Source of the DNA: Heterodontus francisci
Lineage: Eukaryota
NCBI RefSeq assembly: GCF_036365525.1
Contig: NC_090378.1
Coordinates: 119,459,593-119,523,592, forward strand
DNA length: 64,000 nucleotides
Reading direction: 5' to 3'
Part shown: one piece after another, positions 1 to 11,301 of the stretch
Layout: every line of letters begins with the position of its first letter
How positions within the stretch are numbered: the first letter of the stretch is position 1
Program-made: the position numbers and the translations under genes
Notes under the pieces: generated by a model
The model's database searches: none
What the model was told of the DNA's origin: nothing
Seen by the model: the letters and a program-made list of their open reading frames with translations, nothing else

Positions 1-350
1 AAGCCAGAGGCCTGGCTGCCTTCCCGCTGGTCACATGGCCACCCAATTGTCTGTGGCAGCCTCGCCCCCTGTTCTTCTGCCCTCACGATGCCAAGAGGGT
101 GACGATCCTCTCCACTGCCCAATCACTCACAGCCCACTCCAGCCCAATGGAGAGTGATGTCCTCGGGACTTAGTGAGGTTTAGCCGAGTTTAGGATGAGA
201 TATGTGAGACTGAGACTGCAGGCTGTTAAACACAAAGGCTTCTTCTTTATTCTGTTTTAATTCCACTTTCCCTTTGCTAGCCTGTGTGTTCTACAGTGGC
301 TTCAAGTTAACAAAATGTACAATGCAATTTCAAAACACTGCAACACGACA
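1..350 (-). mobile_element. Probable 3' LTR of a Gypsy-type retrotransposon (may continue past the window start)
   Basis: On the minus strand a polypurine tract AGAAGGGGAGGAA (363-351) is followed immediately by TGTCGTG at 350. AATAAA lies at 251-246. The region is directly downstream of the integrase remnant. The far end of the LTR is not defined. Confidence 0.6.
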
Positions 351-639
351 TTCCTCCCCTTCTCAGTAAATGAGAGATGTAGTATGTGTCAATGGTTTGT
401 TTCCAAAAATGTAAAGTATAAACTTACACATAAATAGTTCACTTCGTTATTTAGTCACCGATGTATGATGGGCATTTTCTCTCACAAGTAGGATATTGTC
501 TGACATCAGGTGAAGTCTCATTTAACTCATGTTCTTCATCGGAGGTGTTGATGCTGAAATCGGATTCAATGTTTACGAGAGGTGTTTTCAGTGTTTGAAG
601 AATGACACGTTTCTTGTGATAATTTGTGAATCGTGCTCA

Positions 640-1674
640 GCAGTGATCATTGATCCTTTTGTGTTGGTCACAACAAATGGTTGGATGTTATAAGGGGTTG
701 TTTGTTTTCCAACATGACCATCACGTTTCACAAGTACTTTATCTCCTGGCTTTAATGGTGTAGCCTCGAAGTTTCATGTTTCGTTCTGCATTTACCTTCA
801 ATCTATCCTTCTGATATCGATCGTGTTGATGTATATGTTGATCATTATCTCCGTAGGGTAATTGAGGAAGACGTGTGCACAGAGGATGTGTAAAGATGAG
901 AGTGACTGGAGGTTTTCCAGTAGTTGAGTTTGGAGTCACTCTGTAATTATGAAGAAAGTGATATAACTCTTGCTCCCATGACTTGTTCACAGCTGTAGCT
1001 GTACGTATCACTATTTTCAAGGTTCACATAAATGTCTCGACTTCTCCATTAGCTCTTGGCCAATGGGGTGTGATTTCCCTATGAGTGAACACTAGGTAGT
1101 TTGTGAATTTACTGAACTCATTGCTGTTGAATGGGGGTTCATTGTCACTTCTTACTGTTTGAGGGATTCCAAACAAGGTAAAGATCTGGTCAAGCTTTGG
1201 AATCACTGCTTTTGTTGGAGTTGACTTAACTAATTCCACGATTGGGAATCTGCTGTAGTCGTCAGTGACAACAAGCAGGTGTTCACCTGTGGGTAAATCT
1301 GTGAAATCAACACTGACACAATCCCTGGTCCTGGAGGTAGTTCAGACATCACGAGAGGATCATGAAGATTTGACATTGTGGGTAGTTGACATGGTAAACA
1401 CTGATTGATTTTATCTCCACCATGCAGTTCATTCCTGGAACCCAAACCATTTGCCTAAGGAGTTGTTTGCTATTGACTATTCCCTGGTGTCCTTTATCAA
1501 CAACACATTCTCTTAATGAGTGTGGAATGACCATACAGTTGTTGTGTAATATGAGATCAGATGTAGTTGTAACAGTGAGCTCATTTCGAACATTGGTGTG
1601 AAGATCTTGTAGTGTGTCAGAATTAATCTGTAGACATTTCTCGATCACGTCTTTCCACTTTCGTGATTTGATAG
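640..1674 (-). pseudogene. Degenerate Gypsy/Ty3 pol integrase (zinc-finger plus rve core), frameshifted
   Basis: Broken ORFs read GHQGIVNSKQLLRQMVWVPGM...CLPC (HHCC zinc-finger region), FGIPQTVRSDNEPPFNS...TPHWPRANGEVETF (DDE core) and FLHNYRVTPNSTTGKPP. These are typical Gypsy integrase motifs spread over several frames. Confidence 0.85.
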
Positions 1675-2871
1675 CAGGGATGTCCAACCTTTTCGTGTCA
1701 GGGGCCAGATTACAATTTTTACCCTCCAGTAGGGGGCCAGTGAGAACATTTCGGACGATAAAGGCATTAAAAATGTATCCTTGTATGAAAACTATAACAA
1801 ATGTGCATTTTTATGAAGAAGCTTTAAATGAGAAGTAATTTATTGACTTACTTTCTCATTACTATGTTGAACATTGATTTAGTGACCTACCTGACATTGT
1901 TTTTGCTTGCATTAATACTCAATCTCTGCCCACACACTTGACGTAGCGATGCAGTGTATTCCAGAATGATGTCCATGTGTCAGAGAGATATTGATCTTTC
2001 TTCCTCTCTCCTCTTGCTCTCTGTATCTCTCTGTCTCTCTTTCCCCCCTCCATCTCTCTCTCCCCCTCTCAGTCCCACCCTCTCCCCTACCTCTGTCTCC
2101 CCACTCTCTCTATCAGTCTCCCTCTGTCTGTCCCACTATCCCCTCTCTCTGTCTCTCTCTCTCCCTCTCTCGCTGCCCCTTCTTTCTCTTACTCCCTGCT
2201 CTCTTTCTCTGTTTGTCTCTCACTCCCTCCTCCTCACTGCCTGCTCCCCAGTCCCTGATCCCTGCTCCCCACCCTCCACTTCCCACTCTCCACTGCCCAC
2301 TCTCCACTGCCCACTCTCCTCTCCCCACTACCCACACTCCACTCCCCACTCCACGCTCTCCACTCCCCACTGTCCGTTCTCCACTCCCCACTCCACGCCT
2401 CTACTCCCCACTGTCCGTTCTCCATTCCCACTCCACGCTCTCCACTCCCCACTGTCCTTTCTCCACTCCCCATTCCACGCTCTCCACTCCCCACTGTCCG
2501 TTCTCCACTCCACGCTCCCCACTCCCCACTGTCCGTTCTCCACTCCACGCTCTCCACTCCCCACTGTCCGTTCTCCACTCCCCACTCCACGCTCTCCACT
2601 CCCCACTGTCCGTTCTCCACTCCCCACTCCACGCTCCACTCCACGCTTTCCACTCCCCGCTCTCCAATCCCGGTTCCCCTGTCTCTGCTGCCCATTCCCC
2701 ATCTGTTCATTCTCCATCAATGTGGATTCCAGAGACAGGATGTGAATGACACTCTCCCGCTGGGCACAGCCACGTTGTGTGGGTCGGGGATCCTCACAAA
2801 AATAGAGCTGCCCACCGAAGTGCTTTGCAGGGCTGAAGTCTGGCCCATGGGCCGTATGCTGGAAAACCATA
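1675..2871. mobile_element. Old non-autonomous hAT-like DNA transposon containing an internal simple-repeat expansion
   Basis: The left end CAGGGATGTCCAACCT is a hAT/Charlie-type TIR and cuts the Gypsy remnant. The right end is degenerate (GGCCCATGGGCCGTATGCTGGAAAACC). No clear TSD. Confidence 0.5.
1995..2700. repeat. CT-rich low-complexity tract grading into a ~42-bp C-rich minisatellite
   Basis: Repeated unit CTCCACGCTCTCCACTCCCCACTGTCCGTTCTCCACTCCCCA with variants from about 2340 to 2660. Confidence 0.9.
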
Positions 2872-2965
2872 TTCTAATTCTTCACCTCCAAGTGTCAAAG
2901 TAAGGCCTTTTTCCTTGTGACGTCTGTGATAGTGAAACGTGCCATTGCATCTTCAAAACGTAGCA

Positions 2966-5590
2966 GCCACACCTACAGACAGTACTGGGTAACACACTCA
3001 AACTCAGAGACACACACCTACAGACAGTACTGGGTAACACACTCACACTCAGAGACACACACCTACAGACAGTACTGGGTAACACACTCACACTCAGAGA
3101 CACACATCTACAGACAGTACTGGGTAACACACTCAAACTCAGAGACACACACCTACAGACAGTACTGGGTAACACACTCAAACTCAGAGACACACACCTA
3201 CAGACAGTACTGGGTAACACACTCAAACTCAGAGACACACACCGACAGACAGTACTGGGTAACACACTCAAACTCAGAGACACACACCTACAGACAGTAC
3301 TGGGTAACACACTCAAACTCAGAGACACACACCTACAGACAGTACTGGGTAACACACTCAAACTCAGAGATACACACCTACAGACAGTACTGGGTAACAC
3401 ACTCAAACTCAGAGACACACACCGACAGACAGTTCTGGGTAACACACTCAAACTCAGAGACACACACCTACAGACAGTACTGGGTAACACACTCAAACTC
3501 AGAGACACACACCTACAGACAGTACTGGGTAACACACTCAAACTCAGAGACACACACCTACAGACAGTACTGGGTAACACACTCAAACTCAGAGATACAC
3601 ACCTACAGACAGTACTGGGTAACACACTCAAACTCAGAGACACACACCGACAGACAGTTCTGGGTAACACACTCAAACTCAGAGACACACACCTACAGAC
3701 AGTACTGGGTAACACACTCAAACTCAGAGACACACACCTACAGACAGTACTGGGTAACACACTCAAACTCAGAGATACACACCTACAGACAGTACTGGGT
3801 AACACACTCAAACTCAGAGACACACACCTACAGACAGTACTGGGTAACACACTCAAACTCAGAGACACACATCTACAGACAGTACTGGGTAACACACCCA
3901 CACTCAGAGATACACACCTACAGACAGTACTGGGTAACACACTCAAACTCAGAGACACACACCTACAGACAGTACTGGGTAACACACTCAAACTCAGAGA
4001 CACACACCTACAGACAGTACTGGGTAACAGACTCAAACTCAGAGACACACACCTACAGACAGTACTGGGTAACACACTCAAACTCAGAGACACACACCTA
4101 CAGACAGTGCTGGGTAACACACTCACACTCAGAGACACACACCTACAGACAGTACTGGGTAACACACTCAAACTCAGAGACACACACCTACAGACAGTAC
4201 TGGGTAACACACTCACACTCAGAGACACACACCTACAGACAGTACTGGGTAACACACTCACACTCAGAGACACACACCTGCAGACAGTACTGGGTAACAC
4301 ACTCACACTCAGAGACACACACCTACAGACAGTACAGGGTAACACACTCACACTCAGAGACACACACCTACAGACAGTACTGGGTAACACACTCAAACTC
4401 AGAGACACACACCTACAGACAGTACTGGGTAACACACCCACACTCAGAGATACACACCGACAGACAGTACTGGGTAACACACCCACACTCAGAGATACAC
4501 ACCTACAGACAGAACTGGGTAACACACCCACACTCAGAGATACACACCTAAGGACAGTACTGGGTAACACACCCACACTCAGAGATACACACCTCCAGAC
4601 AGAACTGGGTAACACACCCACACTCAGAGATACACACCTACCGACAGAACTGGGTAACTCACCCACAATCAGAGATACACACCTATAGACAGTACTGGGT
4701 AACACACTCAAACTCAGAGACACACACCTACAGACAGTACTGGGTAACACACCCACACTCAGAAACACACACCTACAGACAGTACAGGCTAACACACCCA
4801 AACTCAGAGATACACATCTCCAGACAGAACTGGGTAGCACACCCACACTCAGAGATACACACCTACCGACAGAACTGGGTAACTCACCCACAATCAGAGA
4901 TACACACCTGCAGACAGTACTGGGTAACACACTCAAACTCAGAGACACACACCTACAGACAGTACTGGGTAACACACTCAAACTCAGAGACACACACCTA
5001 CAGACAGTACTGGGTAACAGACCCATACTCAGAGACACACACCTGCAGACAGTACTGTTTAACACACCCACACTCAGAGACACACACCTGCAGACAGTAC
5101 TGTTTAACACACCCACACTCAGAGACACACACCTACAGACAGTACTGGGTAACACACCCACACTCAGAGACACACACCTGCAGACAGTACTGTTTAACAC
5201 ACCCACACTCAGAGACACACACCTGCAGACAGTACTGGGTAAGACACATACTCAGAGACACGCACCTACAGACAGTACTGGGTAACACACCCACACTCAG
5301 AGACACACACCTGCAGACAGTACTGTTTAACACACCCACACTCAGAGACACACACCTGCAGACAGTACTGGGTAAGACACATACTCAGAGACACGCACCT
5401 ACAGACAGTACAGGGTAACACACCCACACTCAGAGACACACACCTGCAGACAGTACTGGGTAAGACACACACTCAGAGACACACACCTACAGACAGTACT
5501 GGGTAACAGACCCATTCTCAGAGGAACCCACCAAATGACTGCACTGTGTAATACACACATACTTAGACGTACACACCTACTGAGAGTACT
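2966..5590. repeat. 45-bp minisatellite, array A (~58 copies)
   Basis: Unit ACAGACAGTACTGGGTAACACACTCAAACTCAGAGACACACACCT. It produces the 15-aa periodic ORFs in the track. Confidence 0.97.
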
Positions 5591-6025
5591 GGATAGCTAT
5601 GAAGAGAGACTGGATAGGCTAGGGTTCTTTTCCTTAGAGCAGAGAAGGCTGATGGATGACCTGATTGAGGTATATAAAATTATGAGGTGCATTGATAGGA
5701 TAGATAGGAAGAAACCTTTTGCCTTAGTGGAGGGGTCAATAACCAGTGTGCATAGATTGAAGCTAAGAGGCAGGAGGCTTAGAGGAAAAGAATTTTCACC
5801 CAGAGGGTGGTGCGAATCTGGAACGCACTGCCTGAAGACTTGGTAGAGGCAGGAACCCTCACAACATTTAAGATGTATTTAGATGAGCACTTGAAATGCC
5901 ACAGCATACAAGGCTACGGGCCAAGTGCCAGAAAATGTGATTAGAATAAATCGGTGCTTGATGGTTGGCAAAGACACGATGGGCTGAAGGGCCTGGTTCT
6001 GTGCTGTATAACTCTATGATTCTAT
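5591..6025 (+). mobile_element. 5'-truncated CR1-type LINE 3' end inserted in the 45-bp array
   Basis: Translates SYEERLDRLGFFSLEQRRLMDDLIEVYKIM (CR1 ORF2 C-terminus), followed by a 3' UTR ending in the short tandem tail ACTCTATGATTCTAT. Confidence 0.9.
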
Positions 6026-7451
6026 AACACACCCACACTCAGAATCACACACCTACAGACAGTACTGGGTAACCCACACACACTCAGAGACACACACCTA
6101 CAGACAGGGCAGGGTAACCCACACACACTCAGACACACACACCTACAGACAGGACAGGGTAACCCACACACACTCAGACACACACACCTACAGACAGTAC
6201 AGGGTAACCCACACACACACAGACACACACACCTACAGACAGTACTGGGTAACCCACACACACTCAGAGACACACACCTACAGACAGGACAGGGTAACCC
6301 ACACACACTCAGACACACACACCTACAGACAGTACTGGGTAACCCACACACACTCAGAGACACACACCTACAGACAGGACAGGGTAACCCACACACACTC
6401 AGAGACACACACCTACAGACAGTACTGGGTAACCCACACACACTCAGACACACACACCTACAGACAGTACTGGGTAACCCACACACACTCAGAGACACAC
6501 ACCTACAGACAGGACAGGGTAACCCACACACACTTAGACACACACACCTACAGACAGGACAGGGTAACCCACACACACTCAGACACGCACACTTACAGAC
6601 AGTATAGGGTAACCCACACACACTCAGACACACACACCTACAGACAGTACTGGGTTACCCACACACACTCAGACACACACATCTACAGACAGTACAGGGT
6701 AACCCACACACACTCAGATACACACACCTACAGACAGTACAGGGTAACCCACACACACTCAGACACACATACCTACAGACAGTACTGGGTAACCCACACA
6801 CACTCAGACACACACACTGACATACAGTACTGGGTAACCCACACACACTCAGACACACACACCTCCAGACAATACAGGGTAACCCACACACACTCAGACA
6901 CACACACCTACAGACAGTACAGGGTAACCCACACACACTCAGACACACACACCTACAGACAGTACAGGGTAACCCACACACACACAGACACACACACCTC
7001 CAGACAATACAGGGTAACCCACACACACTCAGACACACACACCTACAGACAGTACTGGGTAACCCACACACACTCAGACACACACACCTACAGACAGTAC
7101 AGGGTAACCCACACACACACAGACACACACACCTACAGACAGTACTGTGTAACCCACACACACTCAGACACACACACCGACAGACAGTACAGGGTAACCC
7201 ACACACACACAGACACACACACCTACAGACAGTACTGTGTAACCCACACACACTCAGACACACACACCAACATACAGTACTGGGTAACCCACACATACTC
7301 AGACACACACACCTACAGACAGTACAGGGTAACCCACACACACTCAGACACACACACCTACAGACAGTACAGGGTAACCCACACATACGCAGACACACAC
7401 ACCTACAGACAGTATTGGGTAACCCACACACACTCCGAAACACACACCTAC
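6026..7451. repeat. 45-bp minisatellite, array B (~32 copies, variant unit)
   Basis: Unit ACAGACAGTAC(T/A)GGGTAACCCACACACACTCAGACACACACACCT. Confidence 0.97.
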
Positions 7452-7981
7452 AGGATGTAAATGTGTTGGAATCAGTTCAGAGAAGGTTTATTAGACTAAT
7501 ACTTGGAATGTGCAGGTTTTCCTCTGAGGAAAGGTTGGACAGGTTAGGTTTATATCCACTGGAGTTTAGAAGAGTAAGAGGTGACTTGATGGAGACATAT
7601 AAGATTCCTGAGGGGTTTTGACAGGGTGGATGTGGAAAGGTTGTTTCTTCTTGTTGAAGAAACTAGAACTTGGGGTCACTATTTAAAAATAAGGTGTCAC
7701 CCATTTAATACAGAGTTGAGAATTCTTTTATTTCCAAGGGTCGTGACTCTTTGGAACTCTCTTTCTCAAAAGGCGATGGAAGCAGAGTCTATAAATATTT
7801 TTAAGGCAGAGGTGGATAGATTCTTGATAAGCAAGGGGGTGAAAGGTTATCATGGGTAGGAGGGAATGTGGTGTTGAGATTACAATCAGATCAGCCATGA
7901 TCTTATTGAATGGTGGAGGAGGTTCGAGGGGCCGAGTGGCCTACTCCTGTTCCTAATTCATATGTTTGTATTTATGTTTGT
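7452..7981 (+). mobile_element. 5'-truncated CR1-type LINE 3' end
   Basis: Translates DVNVLESVQRRFIRLILGM...EERLDRLGLYPLEFRRVRGDLMETYKI...RVVTLWNSL, with tail (TATGTTTG)-like repeats at 7961-7981. Confidence 0.9.
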
Positions 7982-8221
7982 AATCAAATCTTATGCTAAT
8001 GTGCTATTGATTGAGAGTTCAACCAGCCAATCATTAGAATCACTTGCTGAAATACAGCCAATCAACTGACAGGAATGTGGGACATTTCCAAAGTACTCCC
8101 GAGACATTTACTGAATATTCTTAATGTTTATTACCTTTTACAGATTTACATTTACAGTAAAAAGACTTGAATAAACAGCTCAGTGAGAGGAAGCTGGAGA
8201 AATTCACAGGGAGAATGAAGG

Positions 8222-8227
8222 TTTATT
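8222..8227 (-). terminator. Poly(A) signal AATAAA of the Ig light-chain transcript
   Basis: TTTATT on the plus strand, about 500 nt downstream of the C-exon stop. It is the first canonical hexamer I see after the stop. Confidence 0.7.
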
Positions 8228-8421
8228 AAAACAGTTGTGGAGATTTTCTCAATAACATGAGAATCCTGTCGCTTTAAACAGAGACTAAACTTTAAATTGT
8301 AACTGCAGGGTGAGCAGGAAGGAGGTCTGGTTTACTGAAGCAGCGACTTCTGAGGTTCACATTATTTTAGCTCAGCTGACAGTCTTCAGCATCTTAGAGA
8401 GGTTTTACTTGGCATCACGAG

Positions 8422-8567
8422 TCTACATTGTCCAATCAAACACTCCCAGGGCAGGTACAGTACGGGTTAGATACAGAGTAAAGCTCCCTCTACACTGTCC
8501 AATCAAACACTCCCAGGGCAGGTACAGTACGGGTTAGATACAGAGAAAAGCCCCCTCTACACTGTCC
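8422..8567. repeat. 67-bp tandem repeat (~2.2 copies) in the predicted 3' UTR
   Basis: TCTACA(T/C)TGTCCAATCAAACACTCCCAGGGCAGGTACAGTACGGGTTAGATACAGAG(T/A)AAAGC(T/C)CCC starts at 8422, 8489 and 8556. It resembles a dispersed minisatellite I recall as common in shark genomes. Confidence 0.9.
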
Positions 8568-8724
8568 CAATTTAGTGCCTTAACCCCTGATCCTCAGAGG
8601 TGTCTCAGACCCAGTCACGAGAAGGAAGAGAGTTGAAATTCCGTGCTGACAATGACCTTTATCCTCCCAGCTCACCCCTGTTATATTTAAAGTTGTGTCT
8701 CCTCTGCGGACTGTCTCTAACATT

Positions 8725-9053
8725 CTACACACATTCTGATCTGCTCACACTCTTACTGAGGGGAGAGGACAGGGTCTCGTGGGTGAGGGCACAGGAGAAG
8801 CGGGCGTTGGACTCCCAGTCAGAGCCAGAGAGGGTCAGCAGGCTGCTGACACTGTAGGTGCTGTCCGAAGCTCGCAGGTAATTGCTGGTCTGAACTCCGG
8901 CCGAAATGGCTGCACCGTCCTTCTTCCACTCCACCCCCACTTCATCGGGATAGAAGTGATCGGCAAGGCACACCAGGGTGGCAGTGCCCTTGGCCTTGAC
9001 CTCCTCCGGCGAGGGGGGCATCAGGGTCAGTGTGGGTTGAGACTTCTCTCGGC
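8725..9053 (-). CDS. IGKC: Immunoglobulin light-chain constant exon, kappa isotype (shark type III / NS4-like)
   Basis: A polypyrimidine tract and AG acceptor (TTTTTCTCTTCTCTTTCAG|GC, AG at 9055-9054) precede a phase-1 exon reading (S)REKSQPTLTLMPPSPEEVKAKGTATLVCLADHFYPDEVGVEWKKDG...STYSVSSLLTLSGSDWESNARFSCALTHETLSSPLSKSVSRSECV*. It has both C1-set Cys, the core Trp, the FYP motif and the C-terminal inter-chain Cys. It closely matches my recollection of horn-shark type III/nurse-shark NS4 constant regions. Confidence 0.96.
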
Positions 9054-9086
9054 CTGAAAGAGAAGAGAAAAACTGTTAATCACTGC

Positions 9087-9320
9087 ATGTTTGTGTATTT
9101 CTGTGTTCTATTTGTATATTTTTTGCTCTCTGTATATATTTGTGTGTTTTATGTATATATTTGTGTCTTTTGTCGGTATATTTGTGTGTCCTCTGTATAT
9201 ATTTGTGTGTTTTATGTATTTATTTGTGTGTTCTGTCTGTACATTTGTGTATTCTCTGTGTATATTTGTGTGTTCTATGTGTATATTTATGTGTATGTTT
9301 CTGTGGGTGTTTCTGTGTTT
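9087..9320. repeat. TG/TA-rich low-complexity repeat (~22-bp period) next to the C-exon acceptor
   Basis: Iterations of GTATATTTGTGTGTT(C/T)T(A/G)T. Confidence 0.85.
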
Positions 9321-9512
9321 GGAATTGTCACATCAGATAACAGACAGCTGAGTTAATGAACTACGGCTGGTGTTGAATCGTTAGAAATGAGCACCATCAC
9401 TTCTTAATTTGCCTCGCTTGCTAGGTTTAGTCTAAAATACAAAGACAGTGGATGGTTTGATGTTCAACTGGTTAAATTGTGTTCGACTGCTCTTGGAAGT
9501 ATGATATGGTAG

Positions 9513-10363
9513 TTTTTTTTATTCATTCATGGGATGTGGGCGTCGCTGGCCAGGCCAGCATTTATTGCCCATCACTAATAGCCCTTGAGAAGGTGGTGGT
9601 GAGCTGCCTTCTTGAACTGCTGCAGTCCATGTGGGGTAGGTACACCCACAGTGCTGTTAGGCAGGGAGTTCCAGGATTTTGACCCAGTGACAGTGAAGGA
9701 ACGGCGATATAGTTCCAAGTCAGGATGGTGTGTGGCTTGGAGGAGAACTTGCAGGTGGTGGTGTTCCCATGCAACTGCTGGCCTTTCCTCCTAGGTGGCC
9801 AGCCTTTGACCTGCTCTTGTAGCCACAGTATTTACAGGGCTACTGCAGTTCAGGTTCTGGTCAATGGTAACCCTCAGGATGTTGATAGTGGGGGATTCAG
9901 CGATCGTAATGCCATTGAATGTCAAGGGGAGATGGTTAGATTCTTTCTTATTTGAGATAGTCATTGCCTTTCACTTGTGTGACGCGAATGTTACTTGTTA
10001 CTTATCAGCCCAAGCGTGGACAGTGTCCAGGTTTTGCTGCATTTCTAGATAGTCTGTTTCCGTTTCTGTGGATTCGCGAATGGTGCTGAAGGTTGTGCAA
10101 TCATCAGCGAACATCCGCTCTTCTGACCTTATGGTGGAGGGAAGGTCATTGATGAAGCAACTGAAGATGGTTGGGCCTAGGACACTATGCTGAGGAACTC
10201 CTGCAGTGACGTCCTGGAGCTGAGATGATTGACCTCCAACAACCACAGCTATCTTCCTTTGTGCTAGGTATGACTCCAAACAGTCGAGAGATTTCCCCCT
10301 GATTCACACTGACTCTAGTTTTGCTCGGGCTTCTTGATTCCAGACTCAAATGCTGCCTTGATG
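9513..10363 (-). mobile_element. Second LINE (CR1/L2-clade RT fragment and 3' end) nested antisense in the CR1
   Basis: The minus strand reads ESYLAQRKIAVVVGGQSSQLQDVTAGVPQHSVLGPTIFSCFINDLP...MFADDCT (RT motifs) and ends in ATGAATGAATAAAAAAAA. It appears internally deleted near 9800. Confidence 0.88.
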
Positions 10364-10605
10364 ACAGTTATTACTGAAATGAGTCTGAAAGAAGGGCAGG
10401 AATGGCAGCTCAATATTCCTGATACTGAGTTTCCCAACGGGATAGAGAGGGAGAGAAAAAAGGAGAAGGGTTTCACAATATTAGTCAAAAGAAAAAATCG
10501 CAGCTGTGAGGAGGGATGATATTCAAGCAGGATCATCGAATGAGGACATTTGAATGAACGTAGGAACAAAAAAGGGGCAATCACATTGCTGCACTATATA
10601 TAGAC

Positions 10606-11301
10606 CAGGGGTCGGTAACCTTTATTACCTGAAGAGACTGTTTTCAAAAATATTACCTAAAATAAAAACTACTGGCAGCGTCAAGACCAAAATTCAGCAT
10701 TTCTAAACCAAATACCTTCTAAATTGCCAAGTGTCTCTGGTAGAATGCACACTTTGTATATATAATAAATAAAATACATGTATTGAATTTATGTATCAAT
10801 AGAAAAAAAGTCAAAATCAGAATAGGTTTCACTCTGAATTATTGCATTTTTTTGACTTGTTTTTGTATAATTTTGTCAGTAAAGTCAAAATTTAAAAAAA
10901 AAATTTAAATTCAGACGTGCAGAATTAAGACAATTTTTTCAGCTATTGATTCTCGTAATAAAAAAGAAGTTTCTAATAGCAGAATAATTTATCATCTCAG
11001 TGATATTAGAAACAATAATGGTCACAAACATAAAAGCTGTTCCTCCAATGGAAGCTGTACCACTCAAACAAGTTCATTTAGACAATGATGATGCTTTTCA
11101 TTTAAATAATCATTTGAAACTATAAAGTACAACATAATGATTAGTCTTTTATCCCCACAATAAAAACACAGTTTACTTTCCTTGACTGAATTTTTTCGGC
11201 CTTTTTCATGTTAATGTGATCCAACTGGAAAAGGTTGGCAGCTGTAAATGAGCTGTTAAAGAGTCACATGTGGCTCCGGAGCCGCAGGTTCCAGACTCCT
11301 G
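10606..11301. mobile_element. hAT/Charlie-type MITE (696 bp)
   Basis: TIRs CAGGGGTCGGTAACCT and CAGGAGTCTGGAACCT (reverse complement) match 13/16. The 8-bp TSD is ATATAGAC / CTATAGAC. AT-rich interior. It splits the CR1 YRP motif. Confidence 0.92.

Noticed and set aside
1954-2870. Pro/Ser-rich and Gly/Glu/Trp-rich ORFs
   Set aside because: Translations of a CT-rich simple repeat in all frames.
2882-7443. Long ORFs (778, 544, 262, 203 aa) with 15-aa Cys/Val- or His/Thr-rich periodicity
   Set aside because: They result from a 45-bp (multiple of 3) minisatellite lacking stops in some frames. They are open on both strands and show no gene structure.
8725-9021. ORF-track start at Met 9021 for the Ig domain
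   Set aside because: This is an internal Met. The real exon begins at the splice acceptor (9053) and is translated from a rearranged VJ.
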